A DNA stretch of 64,000 nucleotides from assembly GCA_964016885.1 (NCBI GenBank), contig OZ024743.1, forward strand, positions 317,998,001 through 318,062,000, written 5' to 3'. The notes beneath the pieces were generated by a model. That model made no database searches. It was not told the DNA's origin and was given only the letters and a program-made list of their open reading frames with translations. The position numbers were made by a program, and so were the translations under genes. Position 1 is the stretch's first letter. The number at the start of each line of letters is the position of its first letter. This DNA comes from Eledone cirrhosa. Taxonomy: Eukaryota. Positions 11,580-24,363 of this stretch are shown here, piece by piece.

Positions 11580-12920
11580 ATTCAATATAGAAGAGCACTG
11601 GGAGTTCCTAAAAAATAACTTACTAAAGATGACAGGCGAGATTTGTGGTTGTAGCAAGACCACAGGGAGAAGGAGAGTGACTTGGTGGTGGAACAATAAG
11701 GTAGATGAGGCAATTAAGGCTAAGAGACAGGCTTGGAAACAATGGAAGAACGGGAGAAGCAGAGTACATTACATAGAGACCAGGAGGGAAGCTAGGCAAT
11801 GAGTATACTTTGCTAGAAGGGAAGCGGAGGATAAAAATTCAAGCACGTTTTGCAGCATGGGGACCAGAAATAGGAGATGTTCAGGATTGTGAGGCAGTGT
11901 GTTAGAGAAAATTGTGATGTCATTGGAGAGAAGTGTGTCCGAAATGATAAAGTGCTGAGAAGAAAGCTGTGTGGAAGAGCCATTATGAAAGATTACTGAA
12001 TGAGGAGAATGCATGGGAGAAAGAGACCCTACCCCAAGTGGATCCTATAAAGAGCCCAGCAATACTAGTCAGCAGCAGTGTAGTAAGTAAGGCAATTAAA
12101 GATATGAAGATTGGGAAGGCAACCGGTCCATCGGGTATAGCTGCCAAGATGCTGAGAGCTTCTGAGTCAGTAGGTCACACCATAACCACATGTATTGTTA
12201 ACAGGGTGTCATACCAAATGATTGGCGCAGCAGCATCATTGCCAACTGCTACAAGGATAAAGGTGATGCACTAGATAGAGGAAACTATAGAGTTATAAAG
12301 CTGATGGACCAGGTCATGAAAGTAACAGAAAGAATTATAGCATTAGGGATTGGGTAAATCTAGATGAGATGCAGTTTGGGTTTGTGCCAGGCAAAAGCAC
12401 CACTGATTCTCTCTCCCTTGTGAGGCAGTTATAGGAAGCGTACTTAGCTAGAAGTAAGCCACTCTACCTGGCATTTGTTGATCTGGAAAAAGTCTTCGAC
12501 AGAGTGCCCTGTGTTATAATCTGGTGGGCTCTTAGAAAACTAGGAGTAGATAAATGGCTTGTGAAGTCTGTACAAGCCATGTATAGGGGAGCAGTCAGCA
12601 AAATTAGGATTAACAATGACTAGAGCGAGGAATTTAGCATACAGATCGGTGTCCACCAGGGCTCTGTTCTTAGCCCTCTCCTGTTTATTATCATATTGCA
12701 GGCTATAACAGAGGAGTTTAAGACTGGATGCCCATGGGAACTTCTGTATGCAGATGATCTTACACTTATAGCTGAATCTATGGTGGAACTAGAGAAGAAA
12801 TTATAAATATGGAAAGAAGAGGTCTCAAAGTCAACCTGACAAATAATAAGGTCCTCGTAAGTAGACGAGAAAACAGAACCCAGATCCCTTCAGGGATATG
12901 GCCTTGCTCAGTATGTAGCA
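11580..12920 (+). pseudogene. Decayed RTE LINE (RT region, stops and frameshifts)
   Basis: Fragments WKSHYERLLNEENAWEK, LAFVDLEKVFDRVP, GVHQGSVLSP and LYADDL are homologous to 59099..62335. Confidence 0.9.
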
Positions 12921-13290
12921 CCGTTTTACATCCATTCTTCCACACTAGCATGGGTTGGATGGGTTGTTCTGCTGTGAGCAGTGCGAGGTTGGGTGACCTT
13001 ATCTTGCTCATACGGGAACTGATTTTGGCTTGATTTCTACAGCTGGATGCCCTTCCTAACACCAACCTCATTTACAGTGAGTGCTGGGTGCTTTTTTTGC
13101 ACCTCCACGTCCACTTTACAGTGGAATGATAGGGACCCCAGTCCTATCATCTCATTTCTACAGCTGAGTAAACTGGAGCAATGTGAAATAAAGTGTCAAG
13201 GAAACAACACATCACCCGGTCTGAGAATTGAACTCACAACCTTTCGATTGCACGGCCAATGCTCTAACCACTAAGCCATGTGCCTCCATA
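12920..13290 (-). mobile_element. tRNA/CORE-like SINE with RTE tail, copy 2
   Basis: Nearly identical to 375-660 over about 280 bp. Confidence 0.8.
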
Positions 13291-13312
13291 TGTGTGTATA
13301 TATATATATAAT

Positions 13313-13355
<43 letters not shown>

Positions 13356-13429
13356 ATATATATATATATAATATATTTATTCAGGTTTGTGGTTCACCAC
13401 TGTATAGAGCTGGTCTATTCCGTATGGTC

Positions 13430-13771
13430 AATCGTAATGTAATAATATAGAGAGTACTCAACGTAAAGCAGTTCAACCGTCTTTGTTTTTGTAGTTGGTG
13501 GTGCTATTACGGAGTTAAATATTATAATGAAATGAGAGGAGGCTGGATTTGTGTAAATCCTTGAAAGGTTTATTATACTATGATCATTTCAATGACTGGG
13601 TTCCGTATAAATCCGGTGATATCAGCAGGTATTCGAAATATAATACGTGAATGTAATAGATAAAATCCATGGGGCTGAAAATCGAGGACCCGAGGGCGAC
13701 CGCTATCTTGCACCCTCTATCTTAGCCGGTCGCCCTCGAGGGCGACCGGCTAAGATTGAGGGTGCAAGATA
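13430..13771 (-). mobile_element. Hammerhead-containing repeat, copy 2 (core mutated), with loopless terminal palindrome
   Basis: Homologous to 2200-2507. The HHR at 13575-13632 has CUGCUGA. The palindrome 13704-13771 is centred on CTC|GAG. Confidence 0.65.
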
Positions 13772-14393
13772 TTTCTTCAATTGAAATTTACAATTCAGTA
13801 CTCGAAATAGCTTCGATTGCGTCTTGACACAGATAATTTTTTCAATTTCACCCACAATTACGCAAAAAATAGATAAAACTCAATATTTTACAATTTGTCT
13901 CTCATTTAAACTGCTGAACTCTTTCTACTACCATTCAAAATCTATACAACTTCATACTTTCTGCTACTTTCTCTTTCCAAGCTTGATGGTGATACTGTCC
14001 GTTCACACCACTCCCTACTGTCTTAAATTTAGAAAACATATCCTCTATGAGGTTACTAAACCTGCTAGAAACAGCAGCTAACTCTGCCCCATATCACACC
14101 ACTCCCTACTGTCTTAAATTTAGAAAACATATCCTCTATGAGGTTACTAAACCTGCTAGAAACAGCAGCTAACTCTCCCCCATATCACACCCCTCCCTAC
14201 AGTCTTAAATTTAGAAAACATATCTTCTATGAGGTCACTAAACCTGCTAGAAACAGCAGCTAACTCTCCCCCATATCACACCACTCCCTACTGTCTTAAA
14301 TTTAGAAAACACATATCCTCTATGAGGTCACTAAACCTGCTAAAAACAGCTAACTCTCCCTCATATCACAACCCTCCCTGTCTTAAATTTAGT
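13771..14393 (+). repeat. Inverted copy of the 3142-3675 repeat with about 4.2 tandem 91-93 bp units
   Basis: Direct reverse-complement match to 3142-3675. Confidence 0.9.
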
Positions 14394-14458
14394 ATATAAT
14401 AATATATATATATATAATATATATATATATATATAATATATATATATATATAATATAT

Positions 14459-14513
<55 letters not shown>

Positions 14514-14534
14514 ATATATATATATATATAATAT

Positions 14535-14587
<53 letters not shown>

Positions 14588-14717
14588 ATATATATATAAG
14601 TATTAAGTTGTTAAACAATATTCGATGATTATGTCAAAGAATGAGTTTTACAGTAGATTGGAAGCACTCAACTGAAAAATAATGTTCAAGAGTTATTAAT
14701 AGATGTTCTTTTGATCA

Positions 14718-14780
14718 ATTACATTTTATTATACATATTTCGGATGTACAACAGTATGTCCTCATCAGACAAAATATAAT
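14718..14780 (-). ncRNA. Minimal type I hammerhead (left arm of palindrome)
   Basis: Mirror of 14786-14848, with one substitution that weakens stem II (GGACAUAC/GUACAUCC). Confidence 0.6.
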
Positions 14781-14785
14781 GATAT

Positions 14786-14848
14786 ATTATATTTTGTCTG
14801 ATGAGGACGTACTGTTGTACATCCGAAATATGTATAATAAAATGTAAT
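14786..14848 (+). ncRNA. Minimal type I hammerhead (right arm of palindrome)
   Basis: ATTATATTTTGT-CTGATGA-GGACGTAC-TGTT-GTACATCC-GAAA-T-ATGT-A-TA|ATAAAATGTAAT, giving a 12-bp stem I with G-U pairs. Predicted cleavage is after 14836. Confidence 0.72.
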
Positions 14849-14933
14849 TGATCAAAAGAACATCTATTTTATTAATACTTATATTTTAATATATATATAT
14901 ATGTATATGTATGTATAAATATATGTATATATG

Positions 14934-15560
14934 TATTTTCTTGATTTATTTTAAAATTGAGTCTAGCAAACCCTATTGTCTATAGTTAGTATTCTTTTCA
15001 CCTTAGCGAATCTGGTCCCTTACGATTTGAACACATATATGTATATATCTGTGTTTGTTTTTCTTTTATATTCAATTATAATATACGGTTCGGAAAAATC
15101 TCTTTCCAAGAGCTATTTTATTGTAAGAGACTATTTTTAGTTTCTAACTCAATATATACCTTTGATATATTCGGCTCCGTTAATTTGTTGAGCTAATTCA
15201 AATGTCGAGTAAACCTGGCAGCTATTTTTAGTGGTGTGAGTTTGTGAGACACGCTATGTTCAGATACTATGTGCGTTATTATATATACGCACACTATTCA
15301 GTTTTTTAATATACTTAGAAGTGACCAGGATACTAATTCTTCACCCACTGATGAGCAAGAATCGGTATTCCTCTTCACAATTAATTTTGCGAAACAGCAT
15401 AGCCAAAGCTGTCTGGGTGATTAGTAGTTACCACAATTCCGGTTTGTATTTATTTTCTTGATTTATTCTTAAATTGAGTCTGGAAAACCCTATTGTCTAT
15501 AGTTAGTATTCTTTTCACCTTAGCGAATCTGGTCCCTTACAATTTGAACACATATATGTA
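14934..15560 (+). mobile_element. Retrozyme/Penelope pLTR-like tandem repeat, 517-bp unit containing a hammerhead
   Basis: A 110-bp direct repeat at 14934-15043 and 15451-15560. The second unit resumes at 22494-22620 (equivalent to 15044-15170) after an insertion. Confidence 0.7.
15331..15426 (+). ncRNA. Canonical type I hammerhead ribozyme
   Basis: TACTAA-ttct-TCACCCA, CTGATGA, GCAAGAAT...ATTTTGC, GAAA, CAGC-atagccaaa-GCTG, TC|TGGGTGA-TTAGTA. All core bases are intact, the triplet is GUC, and predicted cleavage is after 15413. Confidence 0.9.
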
Positions 15561-15867
15561 CTAGACATGAAAAATGCGCAAGCTCAAAAGAGCCACAGAA
15601 TGTTACAATAAACCTTCAAAAGTGTGGCATCCTTTATAAAAAAAAAAATAAAAAAAACGTTATTCGCTGTTAATAAACAACTGCCTTCTACAGTACGTTT
15701 CATTTAACTTACGCAGCATATTTATTTGTTTACATGCACAGACTCTTCTACACACACACAACATTTAGGAAAACGGAAACAAAATACACAAAAAAAACAG
15801 ACATTTTATTTCTATCGTAATCAAGTGTGCTAAACCTATATTGTTTACATTCTGTGTTTTTCTACGG

Positions 15868-17074
15868 ATGGGTAGAAATAACAAAATTGCCATGGTGATA
15901 TCCATCGATGAAATTTGCGACAAAACTGGTCGATGTCCAAAAATAGAACATTGCCCGGAAGATCACACCTGCCATATCTGTACGGAACCCGAAAACTCGT
16001 TCCGTAATCGTTGGGTCGAATGTGGAACCTGTCGCATCTCTGTCTGCCTTCAATGCGCCACAGGCTTCCGGAAGATCCCAGGCCAAAATAAGAAACATCA
16101 CATTGCTACGATGGATAGACTCTGGGAGATGGTCCAGCTAACAAACTGGTCCTTTCAGTGCCTGGACTGTATGCCTGCTTCTCCCATTACTGCGGAACAA
16201 CAACAAAGACCGAAGATCGTGTCTTCTACCATTGTTCCTGAACAACAACAACAAAAACCGAGGATTGTGTCTTCCTCTACCATTGTCGCTGAACAACAGC
16301 AAAAACCAACGACCGTAGCTTCTGCTACTACCCCCGTTGAAGGACTTCATCAACAACAGCAACCCATGTCTTCCTCACCCGTTACTTTTCAACAACAACA
16401 ACCGACGACTGTGTCTTCTACCATGCCTGTTGAAGGAGAAGAACAACAACAAAAACCGACCGTCAATACGGAGTTTGAGGAAATACGGCAAATGATTTGC
16501 GCTTTAAGTCAAGAAATAGCGGAAATAAAATCAAGCGTTCGTGTAGAACCCCACAATGAGGGATCTTACCGGAGTGCCTTGTTAAAAAATCTCCGCGTAC
16601 CTCATGTTGAACCTAGACGCATTGAGAATGCCACTGAATCTGCAAACCACGAAGTGATTGCCATTGGTGTGCCGGAAGACATAGTTGATCTTCAGGCATT
16701 TGCTGCCAGTTCATCCAAAGGGTGCTCTACGCCTTGGCCGACCAGGCCCGAAACCCAGGTTAATTAGACTGTCGTTTTCAAACTCGGCTGAGGCACGTTC
16801 ATACCTTGTAGCCTCTGATAAAGCTAGGCGTGAAAGTCGGATTGCTTTCCGAACACGTCCTGGTCTTCCACCTGATGTCCGCCCAAAGTTGCGTGCTGCA
16901 GCTTCCCTAAACCGCAGCTCGGCAGAACATGAAAGCTTCAGCCTACGAGATGATGGGCAGATATGGAAGTTTGTTAAGGCTGGCGAATCATGGAAAAGAG
17001 ACACCAGCTGGTCTGAAAACAGTGTACCCACAACAACTGACAATAAAGAAACTGAAAAAGCTCTGGGAAACTAA
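15868..17074 (+). pseudogene. CR1 ORF1 (PHD-like finger, Gln-rich linker, coiled coil, RRM-like) with a frameshift near 16690-16710
   Basis: CHIC...WVECGTCRISVCLQC...FQCLDC. VIAIGVPE in one frame continues as RLGRPGPKPRLIRLSF in the next frame (ORF 16685..17074). Confidence 0.8.
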
Positions 17075-19893
17075 ATCAGAACAACCTGCCATCCCCTGCA
17101 CATAATCATAGACTGGAATCAAAGTACAAACTGTTGTCCTTGAATGCACGTAGTCTATGCAATAAGATTCATCTTTTTGACTCCTACGTCAAAAGTATCA
17201 ACCCGGACTTCATTACAGTCACGGAAACTTGGGCACATCCCTTACTCTGTGATGGGGTTTTCAGCATGACTGGCTACAACCTGTTTCGTAAAGACCGTAT
17301 TAATCGTCGTGGTGGTGGTGTAATGGTCTACGTTCGGTCAAATCTGTCGGCAATTCCTTGTGCTGATTTGAACCAATCACAGCAGGAAGTTTTTTTCTGC
17401 GATATACGTATGACCATGTCAACACTGCTACTTGGAGTCGTTTACCGTCCCCCAAATTACCATCAGGACACTCAACTTTGTGATATCCTCAGAGCTGCTG
17501 CCAGGAAGACAGCCACTTATGTTTTCATTGCAGGTGACTTCAATCACCCTGAGATTGACTGGGAGACCTTTCGTTGGCCGCCAAGTGCAAATGACTTCCT
17601 TGAGCTGGTGCTGGACTCGAGTTGGTCCCAGGTGGTCACCTCCCCAACGAGAGGTGACAACACTTTGGACCTACTCTTCACCACTACTCCTGAAACGGTC
17701 ATTAGTGTTACTGCTGAGGAACCTTTAGGTGACTCTGATCATGCTATGATCATTGCCAATCTATCCCTCATGGGCAGTAACAAGAACCACAACCATCTCC
17801 AAACTGCTCACTTTGACTGGAATAAAGCAGACTGGAACTGTTACTGCACCGAGTTGCAACGGCCAAACTGGCTTGAGTTCTATGACTCTGGAGATGTCAA
17901 CACTGTACTCCAGAACATCCTGAGCTCAATATGGACAGCATGTGCAGCATCGGTGCCACGTAAGCGGAAAAAACATCCTAAAAGCGCAATTTGGGAGACT
18001 GCAGCAGTCCGTCTTGCCAGAAAAGAACGGCGCAATGCTGAACGTGAGTACAAACTTCACAAATCAGACATTAATAGGAAGAGGCGAAATAGATCGTCCA
18101 ACCACCTCAAACAGGTGACAAAAAAGGCAGTGCTTCAATTTGAGCAGCGCATAGCAACCAGCCCTGACAGTAAGGTGTTCTGGAAGTATGTTCACTCAAA
18201 GCAGAGGCCTCACTCTCCAGTTGGTCCTCTTCGCAATCCCCACACAAGCCAGGTTACTGACGACCCCAAGGAATGCGCAGAGCTCATTGCTGAATGCTAT
18301 GCAGGCATTTTCACCATTGAAGACCAGAGTGTACCATCTCCACCACCTATGACACCGGACTCTATTACAACCATGGAATTTACACCTGCAATGCTGCGAC
18401 GTCACCTAAAAAATAAACGCAACCATGCCTCTCCTGGTCTTGATGGTGTTACGTACCTGCTTCTTAAACGTGGTGGGTACTTCCTTCTACACCAGTTATC
18501 ACGCTTCTTCCAATTCTGTCTGAACAACAGTGCTACTCCAGAACAGTGGAAAACTGCCAGTGTAATTCCTCTGTTCAAAAAGGGTGACCGCACATCACCT
18601 GTGAACTATCGTCCAGTCAGTCTTACTAGTTGCATCGCCAAACTGATGGAATCCTGTGTCAGAGAAACACTTTGGAACTTCTGGAGCTCTCACAGTCTTA
18701 TCCGGCCCTCGCAATTTGGATTTATCCCCAACTCCAGCTGCTGTGATCAACTTATAGAGTTTCTTGAGGACATCACCCGGATCACTGATGGCGGCTCATG
18801 GGTGGATGTTGTTTACCTTGACTTTGCGAAGGCCTTCAATTCTGTGCCGCACAAAAGGCTTATGGCAAAACTCTCTGCAATGGGTGTGAAGGATGATCTT
18901 TTTAACTGGTTGAAGTCCTTCATTCTCAGTCGAAGAGAGGTAGTCACGGTTCTGGGACAGCATTCCTCACCATATGAGATGTCATCTGGTGTACCTCAGG
19001 GATCTGTTCTCGGCCCCCTTTTGTTTGTGGCATATATTAATGACATAGATGCCAACTTAAGGAATGCCACAGTACTAAAGTACGCAGACGACATCAAGCT
19101 GTACCTTGAGATAAAAAGGACAGATCCTGAATACTATAGATCTTGCTTGCAGTCTGACCTGGACACAATGCAACAGTGGATCTCAGACTGGCAACTCAAG
19201 CTAGCTGTGGACAAGTGCACCACCATGCATTTTTGGAGTAAAAACCCAGCGTCCACATACTCCCTCCACAGCACTAATATCAAGAAGTCTTCCTGTGAAC
19301 GTGACCTGGGCATTACGGTCAGCAGCGATTTGCGTTGGACGAGGCACGTCTCTAAAATTGTCAAGAGGGCCGAGGGTGTCTTAGCATCACTCAGCAAGAC
19401 CTTTGTCAGCCGCTCTCCAGATATCTATTTAAGGCTGTATACAGCTATGGTGCGACCACACTTAGAATTTGCATCACCAGTCTGGAACCCCTATCTTGCT
19501 CAGGACATTGACCGCCTGGAAACTGTTCAGAGACGTGCAACCAAGCGAATACCCTCCATCAGGCATCTACCATACTCTGATCGCCTTGCTTCCCTGGGCA
19601 TGGATTCATTGAAGCTCCGACGCCTGGCAACTGACTTGGTAAACACCCACAAAATTGTTAACCATGTTGCCAACAACAACCCTGAGTGCCTTTTCGATTT
19701 CCATGTGTCTAACACACGTGGACATGCCCACAAAGTAAGAAAACAGCACAGTTCCCATGACTTTCGGAAACATTTTTTCACGCTCAGAGTTGCTGAAGCA
19801 TGGAACAAACTACCTGCATCAGTTGTTAGCTGTCGAGACACTGCATCCTTTAAGGCCTCCATGCTTCCCGAGATCCGCCAACACTACAGCTAA
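17065..19893 (+). CDS. CR1 ORF2, APE endonuclease plus reverse transcriptase (intact, no ATG start)
   Basis: Motifs LNARSL, VTETW, AGDFN, SDH, YLDFAKAF, GVPQGSVLGP, YADD and RGH..K..FF..RV..WN.LP. The frame is open from 17047 to TAA at 19893. Confidence 0.93.
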   Translation, partial: GKLNQNNLPSPAHNHRLESKYKLLSLNARSLCNKIHLFDSYVKSINPDFITVTETWAHPLLCDGVFSMTGYNLFRKDRINRRGGGVMVYVRSNLSAIPCADLNQSQQEVFFCDIRMTMSTLLLGVVYRPPNYHQDTQLCDILRAAARKTATYVFIAGDFNHPEIDWETFRWPPSANDFLELVLDSSWSQVVTSPTRGDNTLDLLFTTTPETVISVTAEEPLGDSDHAMIIANLSLMGSNKNHNHLQTAHFDWNKADWNCYCTELQRPNWLEFYDSGDVNTVLQNILSSIWTACAASVPRKRKKHPKSAIWETAAVRLARKERRNAEREYKLHKSDINRKRRNRSSNHLKQVTKKAVLQFEQRIATSPDSKVFWKYVHSKQRPHSPVGPLRNPHTSQVTDDPKECAELIAECYAGIFTIEDQSVPSPPPMTPDSITTMEFTPAMLRRHLKNKRNHASPGLDGVTYLLLKRGGYFLLHQLSRFFQFCLNNSATPEQWKTASVIPLFKKGDRTSPVNYRPVSLTSCIAKLMESCVRETLWNFWSSHSLIRPSQFGFIPNSSCCDQLIEFLEDITRITDGGSWVDVVYLDFAKAFNSVPHKRLMAKLSAMGVKDDLFNWLKSFILSRREVVTVLGQHSSPYEMSSGVPQGSVLGPLLFVAYINDIDANLRNATVLKYADDIKLYLEIKRTDPEYYRSCLQSDLDTMQQWISDWQLKLAVDKCTTMHFWSKNPASTYSLHSTNIKKSSCERDLGITVSSDLRWTRHVSKIVKRAEGVLASLSKTFVSRSPDIYLRLYTAMVRPHLEFASPVWNPYLAQDIDRLETVQRRATKRIPSIRHLPYSDRLASLGMDSLKLRRLATDLVNTHKIVNHVANNNPECLFDFHVSNTRGHAHKVRKQHSSHDFRKHFFTLRVAEAWNKLPASVVSCRDTASFKASMLPEIRQHYS

Positions 19894-20471
19894 CACATAC
19901 AAACATGTACTTCCCTGGCATTTGTGTATTATTCTATGTACTATATTGACGAGTTGTAGTGCACCTGAGCACTTTACACAATAATTTCATTATTATTATT
20001 ATAAAAATATCACAATAAATACATCTATGTTTAATGTAATAATAACAGCTATAAATAATTACGTCGATAAAATAAAGTACCAGTAATGCACTGGGTTATT
20101 GCTGGCCTTGTGCTTAAAGTAGAAACAATTATTGTCATATACTCATAATAACAAAATAATTGTGTTGAAAATTAATATGATGCTTATATGAACGATCAAA
20201 TCTATAATGATAATTTTATAAATATACTAATATTAAAATAATTTAGTTATATATTGTTACATTTTCATCGAACTATAACATTAACAATCGTATTGTATCA
20301 TAAAATTTTTTATCACTGCAAACTTTCATATTGGAATTACCTTAAGCCATTTATCATTACTTCGCTTTCGTACTTTTACAGATGTAGATATTCGGCTGTA
20401 CATGATCTCATGGTAATTTGCATGCAGTGTAAAATAGGTTTATTAATAACTTTAATATGAAATGTATTATA

Positions 20472-20559
20472 CAGGGCTGCGGAGTTGGCCAAAAATTGAC
20501 TGGCTCCAACTCCGGATCCGATACTCCATTATTTCCTAAATTTCGGCTCCGCAGCCCTG
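20472..20559. mobile_element. 88-bp hAT-like mini-MITE
   Basis: TIRs CAGGGCTGCGGAG/CTCCGCAGCCCTG with 8-bp flanks GTATTATA/TTATTATA. Confidence 0.65.
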
Positions 20560-22614
20560 TTATTATATTAATTTATTTATTTTATAGTTGTAAATCATAT
20601 TTTTATATGTTACACTCTAAGAATGAACTAAGTGAAATCGTGTAAAAAGAAAGGCATGGTTGGTTTAAGCTAATGTCCAATATCTCATATTAGATGTTTA
20701 GTAATGATTAATACGAAATGCACTAAAACCGAATTCTATATTATAAATTCACTTAATTAATTATCGTGTCGTCTTGAGTTCCTTATGAGTCTCTTTTTTA
20801 TAAAAGGATGCCACAGATTTTATAAAAAAGAGACTATGAGTATATGATAATAATTGTTTCTACTTTTGGCACAAGGCCAGGAATGACTCAGTGCATTACA
20901 GGTACTTTATTTTATCGACCCCGTAAGGATGAAAGGCAAAGTCAACCTCGGCGGGATTTGAACTCAGATCGTAAAGGGACGTAACTATGCTGGAAAGCAT
21001 GGCGTCCGACCCTCTACCGATACTGCCAATCCACGATAATAATATTACGTAATTATTTATAGCTGTTATTACATTAAACATAGATGTATTTATTGTGATA
21101 TTTTTATAAAGGATGCCACAGAATGTACGATAGATAATGATTACAATATTTTTGAGTAACAACTCTAGTCCCACACTTTTGAAGGTTTATTATAACATTC
21201 TGTGGCTCTTTTGAGCTTGCACATTTTTCATGCCTAGTTTAATTTTTTTTTAAGGCAACGCTTGTAATAACTCTAGTTAAACATGATATATATTAATAAT
21301 AAATTATCGTTGTAATGTAATTAGATTATATGATTGTTATTATAAATGATCTTATAAATATTAGTGTAAGATGTATAAAAATATTTTCAGACTTTTAATA
21401 TAAACAACAACAAAAAACAATCAATATTAAATCAATATATTATACATAATAGAAAACATAAAATAAATAAACAATATAAAAATAAAATATCTACATACAA
21501 TTGCAATAATCAGTCTATATAAATTTTCTTTATTCCCTGAGCAAATTAATGAGATTTGTTCTTATTGCACATAATTTGATGACTTTTTGAAGTGTATTAA
21601 AAGATAACAACAATGTGTGATTAAATTGTGTGTAATAGTGAAAATTTGCGCCTTTTCAATAATTTATCGTCTGCTCACGTTGCATTAAAGGGAAATAACT
21701 CGTCTTTCAACTGTATACATTTTAACTGAAACATCAATATTACACATTCGATTTTAAATTTTTTTTTACCGATGTCTCCGCTGGAGCTTAATCTATAAGT
21801 TTAGATGTGTGGCGACCGTTTTAGTAGAGATAGACAGACAGACAACCTCAGTTTTATATATATATATATATACATATCAAAGATATTTAAACGCGTGAGA
21901 CACAAATTTTTACAATGTTTTTAGAAAAATTATTTTTACAAATATTTACAAACAAAGTGCAGTTTGTATTACAATCGGAACTCTGCCTATACTCGATTGC
22001 AATATATAAAGAGGAACAAGATACAAAGATATATTTCTTTATTTGGCACAAGGGCGCACAAAAATGGGACATTACAGAACATGAATATACGCTATTTTGA
22101 AGAGTTTAAAAATTTGTTACAAACAAAAATTTAGAATCGTTTTGTACAAACGATAAATTAAAAAATATTTGTACAAACTTTTACGATAGCTTTCATCTTA
22201 TCTATTGACCGCCTAACCCTAACCCTAACGTCAATATATTACATTTGTTTTAAAAATAGTTAATATAAATTTTAAAAAATCATATAACGACGAAATAACA
22301 AAAATAAATGAACTAAGAAAACAAACAAAAAAACATGGCGGATGCTTTTGAGCAATACTTACTCTGATTGGTTGAAAATTAGCCAATGGCCACGGTCAGA
22401 CCTTGAAAAAAAAAATTGACGATCTACACATATATGTTAGTACACTATAAGTGACTAAAACGTTCTGTTGTTAGTCACTTCATGTCTAACAGATATATCT
22501 GTGTTTATCTCTCTTTTATATTCAATTATAATATACGGCTCGGAAAAATCTCTTTCCTTGGGCTATTTTATTGTAAGAGACTATTTTGAGTTTCTAACTC
22601 AATATATACCTTTG

Positions 22615-24363
<1,749 letters not shown>

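Larger units (their letters stand above)
15641..20001 (+). mobile_element. Full-length CR1-clade LINE (about 4.35 kb)
   Basis: 5' UTR, ORF1, ORF2 and a 3' (ATT)n tail. TTATAAAAA flanks both ends, and the host sequence rejoins across the insertion when compared with its inverted copy at 21046-21237. Confidence 0.88.
15561..22493 (-). mobile_element. Non-autonomous Helitron-type element (6.9 kb including nested CR1)
   Basis: It interrupts the 517-bp repeat exactly between A15560 and T22494 with no TSD. The minus strand begins TC and ends with hairpin GCTCTTTTGAGC...CTAG. There is a subterminal inverted repeat TAGACATGAA/TTCATGTCTA. Confidence 0.72.

Noticed and set aside
22212-22229. Telomeric repeat as a chromosome end or fusion scar
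   Set aside because: Only three units, and they lie inside a transposon-like element.
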